Source of the DNA: Candidatus Auribacterota bacterium
GTDB taxonomy: Bacteria > Auribacterota > UBA6266
Direction: 5' to 3'
Assembly (NCBI GenBank): GCA_023136205.1
Contig: JAGLRQ010000012.1
Coordinates: 1-11,251 of the forward strand
DNA length: 11,251 nt
The translations under genes were made by a program, and so were the position numbers. Below, one piece after another: positions 1 to 5,700 of the stretch. Each line of letters starts with the position of its first letter. Position 1 is the stretch's first letter. The notes beneath the pieces are model-generated. The model saw nothing but the letters and a program-made list of their open reading frames with translations, had not been told where the DNA came from and did not search any database.

Positions 1-8
1 AAAAAAAC

Positions 9-800
9 ATGATTATAATAGGCGAAAAAATTAATACAAGTAGGAAAAGTGTCGCGGAAGCCGTGAAAAACAGGGATGGAGACTTTTTGTCAAATCTGGC
101 AAAATCACAGGAAGAGGCAGGGGCTTCTTACATTGATGTTAACGTAGGGACATTTATTAAAACTGAACCCGAAGATATGGCCTGGGTTGTTGAAACAATA
201 AGTAAAGACCTGAATATTCCTTTGTCTATTGACAGCCCCAATCCCAAGGTTGTTGAATCCGGGCTTGGTGTTCTTAACAAACCCGCGCTCATAAATTCTA
301 TTTCGCTGGAAAAGAAAAGATTTGATGGAATTCTTCCCCTTGTTAAGGAATTTGAATGCCCTGTTATTGCCCTTCTGATTGAAGATGGTAATATGCCGGA
401 TGACACGGCATCGAAAATGAAAATTGCTCATGGCCTTATTGGAAAATTAAAAAATAATGGGATAGATGATAACAGAATTTTTGTTGATCCGATGGTAAAA
501 CCTCTTAGCACAAGCATGGCCGGCCTTGCTGATATTCTTGGCTTTGTGAAGTTATTCAGGGAGAAATATCCTCGTATTCATCTTTTGTGCGGCCTTAGCA
601 ATGTATCCTTTGGCCTTCCCAACAGGGGGATTATTAATAGAGCTTTTCTTGTTATGATGATGATTCTTGGAGTAGATGCGGTTATTTGCAATCCGCTGGA
701 TAAGGAGCTTATAGGGCTTGTTGCAGCTCAGGAAGCACTTGCCGGTAAGGACGAATACTGCATGAATTATATTAAGCTTTCGAGAGAAGGAAAAATCTAA
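9..800 (+). CDS. acsE: Methyltetrahydrofolate:corrinoid/iron-sulfur protein Co-methyltransferase (AcsE-type pterin-binding TIM-barrel protein)
   Basis: 263-aa ORF. The N-terminus MIIIGEKIN matches the (L/I)IGERIN start of AcsE/MetH pterin-binding modules. DSPNP and INSIS motifs are present. The C-terminal GLSNVSFGLPNRGIINRAFLVMMMILGVDAVI is colinear with Moorella AcsE as I recall it ([30 protein letters not shown]). Length matches stand-alone AcsE (about 262 aa). Only 8 nt are visible upstream, so the RBS and promoter cannot be assessed. Confidence 0.85.
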   Translation: MIIIGEKINTSRKSVAEAVKNRDGDFLSNLAKSQEEAGASYIDVNVGTFIKTEPEDMAWVVETISKDLNIPLSIDSPNPKVVESGLGVLNKPALINSISLEKKRFDGILPLVKEFECPVIALLIEDGNMPDDTASKMKIAHGLIGKLKNNGIDDNRIFVDPMVKPLSTSMAGLADILGFVKLFREKYPRIHLLCGLSNVSFGLPNRGIINRAFLVMMMILGVDAVICNPLDKELIGLVAAQEALAGKDEYCMNYIKLSREGKI

Positions 801-806
801 AAAGCA

Positions 807-871
807 GTGAATCGTGAATAGTGAATGGTGAATCGAGAAAAACTATTCACTAAATACGAAATACAATTCAC
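807..871. repeat. GTGAAT hexamer cluster: four tandem 7-nt units plus two inverted copies
   Basis: Tandem units are gtgaatc (807-813), gtgaata (814-820), gtgaatg (821-827) and gtgaatc (828-834). Reverse-complement copies attcac lie at 845-850 and 866-871. Positions 819-828 can pair with 843-852 (10 bp including one G-T wobble, 14-nt loop). Confidence 0.8.
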
Positions 872-879
872 AAGATAGT

Positions 880-912
880 GCGTAGCGTAGCGTAGCCTTC
901 CCGGAGGGGACC
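880..912. repeat. (GCGTA)x3 tandem pentamer followed by a short GC-rich hairpin
   Basis: gcgta gcgta gcgta spans 880-894 and is followed by gccttcccggaggggacc. Within that, tccc/ggga can form a 4-bp stem around a ggag loop. The segment is GC-rich against an AT-rich background. Confidence 0.7.
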
Positions 913-930
913 AGATACTGTCTTTAAAAT

Positions 931-1557
931 ATGCAAAGCGATAAAAGTCAGCTATATCTAAAAGTTCTTGGCAAAAAAATCCCTTTTAAGAAAGGAGAGT
1001 CTTTTAGAGATGTGCTCCAGAAAAATGGGATTGAAATAATGTATCCCTGCGGGGGGGCAGGTCTTTGCGGCAGGTGTGGTATAAAGGTTTTATCGGGAAG
1101 TATCGAACCAACTTCGAAGGATAGAGATAAGTTTGATGAAAAGGATGTTCTATCTGGGTGGAGGCTGGCATGCGGGTCTGTTTTGACTGAAAACACGGAA
1201 GTTTTTGTTCCGCCGGGAAATCTTTTAAGTGAAGAGGAAATAAAGATTTCAAAAACCAGAGATGGTAAAGACGGATTTTTAAACGGTAGTAAGCAAAAGG
1301 GAAAAAGGTTTGTTGCGGGTGTTGTCATTATCACGATATCGGTTTTTTTGGGACAGCCTTTTTTTATCGCGGCTCTTGCTTGCTTCGCGGCAAAAAAATA
1401 TTTCATAGGAGTGGTCTGTTTTGTAATATACGGTATTTCCTGGATTCTTTTGCTATCGGGCATTTACCTTGCGGGTAAGGAGGGATATGTTTTTGTAAAA
1501 AAAAGGTTTAAAAGTTTTTTTAAATTTAAAAAGAAAAGAGTACAACTAAATAAATGA
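931..1557 (+). CDS. Membrane-anchored [2Fe-2S] ferredoxin-domain protein (RACo/AcsV-like N-terminal domain without the ASKHA ATPase body)
   Basis: 208-aa ORF. Residues 1-97 carry YPCGGAGLCGRCGIKV...GWRLAC, i.e. Cys40-x5-Cys46-x2-Cys49-x31-Cys81. This is the ferredoxin module found at the N-terminus of corrinoid reductive activators. Residues about 127-181 (nt 1309-1473) are strongly hydrophobic (FVAGVVIITISVFLGQPFFIAALACFAA and YFIGVVCFVIYGISWILLLSGIYLAG), followed by a Lys/Phe-rich tail. No clear Shine-Dalgarno precedes ATG 931. The stop overlaps the rnc start (ATGA, 1554-1557). Confidence 0.7.
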   Translation: MQSDKSQLYLKVLGKKIPFKKGESFRDVLQKNGIEIMYPCGGAGLCGRCGIKVLSGSIEPTSKDRDKFDEKDVLSGWRLACGSVLTENTEVFVPPGNLLSEEEIKISKTRDGKDGFLNGSKQKGKRFVAGVVIITISVFLGQPFFIAALACFAAKKYFIGVVCFVIYGISWILLLSGIYLAGKEGYVFVKKRFKSFFKFKKKRVQLNK

Positions 1558-2249
1558 CTGTACGGGATTTAACTTACCTGAAATTTGAAGAAACTATCAA
1601 TTATTCGTTTAGAAACAAATCTCTTTTAGCTCTTGCCTTAATACATAAATCTTATAAAAATGAAAATCAGGATGAGGTAGAAGATTGCAACGAGCGCCTG
1701 GAATTTCTTGGAGATTCAGTTCTAGGGTGTGCTGTGGCCGCGGCTCTTTTTAAAGAGTTTACCGATATGGATGAAGGAAGACTCTCATTTCTAAAATCAT
1801 TTGTTGTGTCGAAGAAGGTGCTCGCGTTGGTCTCTTCTGAATTAAATCTGGGAACATTCCTCAAGATGGGGAAGGGTGAGGAGAAAAGCGGAGGCAGAAC
1901 AAGGGAATCTAACCTGGCTAACGGGCTGGAAGCTTTAATAGCGGCTATTTATCTGGACAGCAGTTATTCCGCGGCAGAAGAGTGGATAATAAATAAATTC
2001 AAAAAACACATAAAAGAAGGGATTGATTTTTATAACCACGGCGCGAAAAATGAGCTCCAGGAATTTGCCCAGGCAAAATACGCGGAACTTCCGGTTTACA
2101 CGGTTTTGGATAAGCTTGGCCCCGAACATAGGAGGGAATATATTGTTCAGGTAGAGATAAATGGCAAACTGTTGGGAAAGGGTAAGGGGCCATCAAAGAA
2201 AGAGGCTGAAAGCAATGCGGCTTGTGAAGCTCTTGAAAAACTTAAGTAG
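1554..2249 (+). CDS. rnc: Ribonuclease III
   Basis: 231-aa ORF. The RNase III signature ERLEFLGDSVLG lies at residues 47-58 (nt 1692-1727). NGLEALIAAIYLD is present. The C-terminal dsRNA-binding domain reads ELQEFAQ...GPEHRREYIVQVEINGKLLGKGKGPSKKEAESNAACEALEKL. Length and domain order are canonical. Confidence 0.93.
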   Translation: MTVRDLTYLKFEETINYSFRNKSLLALALIHKSYKNENQDEVEDCNERLEFLGDSVLGCAVAAALFKEFTDMDEGRLSFLKSFVVSKKVLALVSSELNLGTFLKMGKGEEKSGGRTRESNLANGLEALIAAIYLDSSYSAAEEWIINKFKKHIKEGIDFYNHGAKNELQEFAQAKYAELPVYTVLDKLGPEHRREYIVQVEINGKLLGKGKGPSKKEAESNAACEALEKLK

Positions 2250-2478
2250 TATTTTTCCGGTGTTGTGTATTTTAATTGCAGCCCAGGGCTGTTATTTATC
2301 TCCGGAGGAAAAAGGAGAACCTGAGAAAGCGGGAAAAAAAGTTGAGCAGGCTGATGAAGATGATGAGCCGGCAATACACAAGCTTCCCCTGGTAAAAAGG
2401 ACAAAGCAAAAACTTAAAAAAATTTACAATGAAAGAAATAAACAAATAGATGAACAGTTAAACCAGATCAATAATTAA
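2215..2478 (+). CDS. Small secreted protein or lipoprotein (87 aa), function unknown
   Basis: The track ORF is 2161-2478, and I prefer the internal ATG at 2215. aaagagg (SD-like, ending at 2205) lies 9 nt upstream. The product then starts MRLVKLLKNLSSIFPVLCILIAAQGC: a basic n-region, a hydrophobic core and a Cys after AQG (an imperfect lipobox). The remainder is a charged low-complexity tail. It overlaps the last 35 nt of rnc in another frame. Confidence 0.45.
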   Translation: MRLVKLLKNLSSIFPVLCILIAAQGCYLSPEEKGEPEKAGKKVEQADEDDEPAIHKLPLVKRTKQKLKKIYNERNKQIDEQLNQINN

Positions 2479-2482
2479 AAAG

Positions 2483-2538
2483 GGATTAGTGTTTTTTGGG
2501 ATATTAAACCAACGCTAATCCTGGCCAAAAAACTTTTT
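2483..2538 (+). terminator. Possible terminator-like stem-loop after the rnc/small-ORF unit
   Basis: ggattagtgtt (2483-2493) pairs with aacgctaatcc (2511-2521): 11 bp with one G-U wobble and a 17-nt loop. A T5 run sits at 2534-2538 but is 12 nt from the stem. The long loop and distant T tract make this non-canonical. Confidence 0.3.
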
Positions 2539-2579
2539 ATTCCAAACCAATGTCAACAATAGATAACCATAAGCAAATC

Positions 2580-2608
2580 TTGATAAATATAGACAGCATC
2601 GATATAAT
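2580..2608 (+). promoter_or_regulatory. Sigma70-type promoter candidate for the giant gene
   Basis: TTGATA (2580-2585), an exact 17-nt spacer, then consensus TATAAT (2603-2608). It lies in the AT-rich gap between convergently unlinked units. It would give a leader of about 115 nt to ATG 2730 or about 180 nt to ATG 2793. Confidence 0.5.
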
Positions 2609-2665
2609 AAAACGAAGTTTTTATATTAATTGACGTAGATATTATGAAGAAATGCCTTTGATGGC

Positions 2666-2681
2666 CAGTGTGAATACACTG
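2666..2681 (+). promoter_or_regulatory. Small perfect hairpin in the predicted 5' leader
   Basis: cagtgt (2666-2671), loop gaat, acactg (2676-2681): a 6-bp perfect stem. Function is unknown. Confidence 0.3.
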
Positions 2682-2729
2682 AAAAAGATATAGAAAAACA
2701 AAAAAATATGGATAGATAAGGCAATAAAA

Positions 2730-5700
2730 ATGTTTAACTATTGCTTTAACGACACAATAACTGCTGTTAAAAAAAGGTGTTCTAATGGAAAGATGGGGAA
2801 ATATCCCATCTTTTTGTTTTTTATATGGGTGTTTTTACTGGTTTTGCCTGCGAATGTCTACGCTGATTTGCACACATGGGATGGTGATGCAGCTCCTGAT
2901 AACAATTTTAGCACAGCGGCAAACTGGGTGGGCGATGTGGCTCCGGTAGCAGACGACGACGTTACATTTAACGCTGGCGCCGTTAATTGCACACTTGACG
3001 CCTTCGATTTAGACCAGGGTGATTTTACTGTAACCGCCGGCTATAGCGGCACATTTTCTTCCTCTGGAACCTTCCTGTGCGATGCTGTTACCCTGGATTT
3101 GACTAATGCGGCGTGGAGTATATCCAATGAGTTTTATCCGGGAAGAACTGACAACGGTGCTTTGACGATTACGGCGGGAACATTCACAACATCAAACGCA
3201 ATGCAATGCAACGGCGACATTGCCTTAAGCGGCACAGGAACGATAAATCAGAGCGCCTCTTATACGGCTATGATAGGGACTGCCTCAAAGACGATCACCA
3301 ACACGGGCGGTGGGACCATTACCTTTCATAAATTTATGGAAAGCAGTGATACCAATCATGGGCAGGCCGACCCGCATCCTGATGCTAAAACAACTATCAA
3401 TGCTGATATAACAGTGAATAATTGGTGTGATATAAATGGGTGGGCTGTTGCCGGAGACGGTCAGCTAATACTTGCGGCAAATAAGACAATTACTGTTGCA
3501 AACAGCGGCTTTAACAATCAAGGAAGTTTTTCCGCAAATAGCGGGTCACTTGTAAAGGTTGATGACCACATATATTTAAATAGCAGCCACGCCTGGGAAT
3601 TCAGTAATTCAGGCACCTTTGAATGGACCGGCTCAGCCACTAAACAGTTGCGTGGAAATTCAGATAATAGCCTTAATCATTTTAATGATTTTACAATGTC
3701 AGGGTTAGCCGAACTGCAGGCATATTGGGAGGGCGGTGCCATTATCATAGATGGTAACTATTTGCAAAGTAACGGGACATTTTTAGTAGATTATTCAGGA
3801 TTTACGATAAGCGGTACAACGACAATAACAGATGGCATTCTGAGATTCCTGAAAAACGGGACATTAACAGGTTCTGTAATAATAGGTTCCCCGGGAGGAA
3901 CCGGTGAGCTTGAGTTAAAAGCCTCATCTGAGAATCTAACTCTTACTATAGATACTTCTATTACAACTACGAATAGCGGTTTTATTGACGTTGATTGGAC
4001 TGATGGGGTGAATACGGCTACCATAGATGGCGTTAATGGTGATGAAACTATTAGCGGCAACGATTTTGATATAGGCACAAATGGGCAGGTTCTTTATCTT
4101 AGCGATATTGACTGTCAAATTTCCACCGTAACCTTGGGCAGCAACGAACACATTCGACTTTCCGGCGACTGCACCTTTGATGCTATAACATTAAATGGTG
4201 ACGCAAACACAGAGTTTACAACTAACGATAACAAGGCTGCGTGTTCGGGAGGCACGCTTACTGTAACCAGTGGTGTTGTTACTATTTCTGATGGCGGGGA
4301 GATTGATGCTGCCGGGCAGAATGTTTCAACAGCCGCAAATGGCGCCATTACCTTAGTCGGCAATTCTACTTTAAAAGCGGTTAATATTACCAATGCAGGG
4401 ACTATTAATTTGGACCATAACAGCAATGTTATCGATATTACCGGCAATATTGATAACGATAATGCTATTGATGTCGCCGGAACATCTGCCAATATTTACC
4501 TTGAAGGCAACTGGGATAATACGGGCGGTGCTTTTACCTGTGGATCTTCGACGGTAACTTTTGATGGAACTGCCGCTGGTCAAACCCTGACAAGCGATAC
4601 CGAGACTTATAATATCATAACTGTTTCTAATTCTCATGCTGACGGAGTTATCTTCGCGGATGCTTTTACGACCGAGACTTTCAATGATACGACAGGCAAT
4701 AGCAAACTTACGTTTAACGCGGGGGATACCTATACCATAACGGGAGCGGCAGGATTAAACCTTGACGGCGGGGCTGCGGGAAGTGAGATAACTATAATCA
4801 GTGACAGCGCGGGAACACAGTTTATTTTTAATGTTACGGGGGGTTCTCAGACGGTAACATATGTAAATGTAAAAGATTCCGCGGCGAGTACTAACAATAT
4901 AACAGCCAATATTTCAATAAACAGTGGAGGAAATGACGACGGTGATCCTGATCCTCATTGGGTATTTGGCAATGTTACGAGATACTGGGTAGCGGCGGGT
5001 AACAGCGATTGGGATACCAATGCCAACTGGTCATCTTTTTCCGGTGGTGGAGGCGGGGCGGATTATCCCACTGCCGGAGATACTGCTGTATTTGATAATG
5101 GAAGTGACTTTAACTGTACCCTTGATGCTGTTGTGTCTATAGCGGTATTGAATGTTCAATCTGGTTATGATGGGATTATCTCCTGTGGGACTGATAACTT
5201 TACAACGTCGGGCAATATGACTTTATCCGATGGTATATACACAGTTGGTGCGAATATAACCCGGGTAGATGGGACATTAACTGTATCGGGAGGCACCGGT
5301 ACTTTTACCTCGGGAGCAATAGATGCTAATGGAGCGGTTAGTATAACGGGCGGGGAGCTTATTGCCCCCAGCGGTGATTTTAATGTAGCCGCCAATTGGT
5401 CTCATGCCGGTGGGATCTTTACGCATTCAGACGGCACGGTTATCTTTGACACGGCCGCGGTTTCCACCATCGCCAATGATACCACCTTCTATGATTTGAG
5501 TTGTACTACAGCCGGCAAAACAATTAATGTTACTGCTGGAACCACACAAACGGTAGATAATACTTTAACAGTGGACGGCCAGGATTCTGCCACTAAAATA
5601 ACTTTGCATTCTACAGCGGATAATAACAGTTATATCTTAGATTTTCCTGCTGGCTCTCAGACAATAATATATGTTGATTTAAAGGATTGTACAGCGGGGA

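Noticed and set aside
105-431. Minus-strand ORFs of 108 aa and 92 aa (128-406) inside acsE
   Set aside because: They lie entirely antisense to a CDS with strong family motifs. Their products are low-complexity with no recognisable motif. These are typical shadow ORFs.
807-834. CRISPR array
   Set aside because: The units are 7 nt with no spacers, and there are no repeats of 24-40 nt anywhere in the window.
819-852. The 10-bp stem-loop after acsE as an intrinsic terminator
   Set aside because: The stem is AT-rich and built from the GTGAAT repeats, with no T tract following it (aaatacgaaat). It is better described as part of the repeat cluster.
845-873. Rex-type (TTGTGAA-N-TTCACAA) or CRP/FNR-type operator
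   Set aside because: A TTCACAA half-site exists at 867-873. No inverted GTGAA partner lies at the required 4-6 nt spacing; the GTGAAT copies are 33 nt or more upstream and in tandem.
801-930. Cobalamin riboswitch or other known cis-regulatory RNA next to a corrinoid-pathway gene
   Set aside because: The region is too short (130 nt), and I see no B12-box-like core or multi-stem architecture. Only an Infernal/Rfam scan could exclude this fully.
948-1463. Minus-strand 171-aa ORF, and an 82-aa ORF at 1004-1252, opposite the ferredoxin gene
   Set aside because: The plus-strand frame carries a clean four-Cys 2Fe-2S motif plus hydrophobic helices and is coupled to rnc by ATGA. The antisense products show no motif or signal.
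2161-2214. Track start (ATG 2161) for the small ORF
   Set aside because: It would add 18 residues (MANCWERVRGHQRKRLKA) before the signal peptide and deepen the overlap with rnc to 89 nt. ATG 2215 has a better SD and gives a normal signal-peptide n-region.
1667-2404. Four minus-strand ORFs of 64-85 aa opposite rnc and the small ORF
   Set aside because: They are antisense to the unmistakable RNase III frame, short and motif-free.
5040-5060. Gly run (SGGGGGA) as a slippage tract
   Set aside because: It is encoded by mixed codons (ggt ggt gga ggc ggg), so there is no homopolymer or perfect repeat at the DNA level.
4839-5699. Diversity-generating retroelement template/variable repeat pair in the giant gene
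   Set aside because: The two similar segments differ at all base types and not specifically at adenines. They are only about 70 percent identical, and no reverse transcriptase is present in the window.
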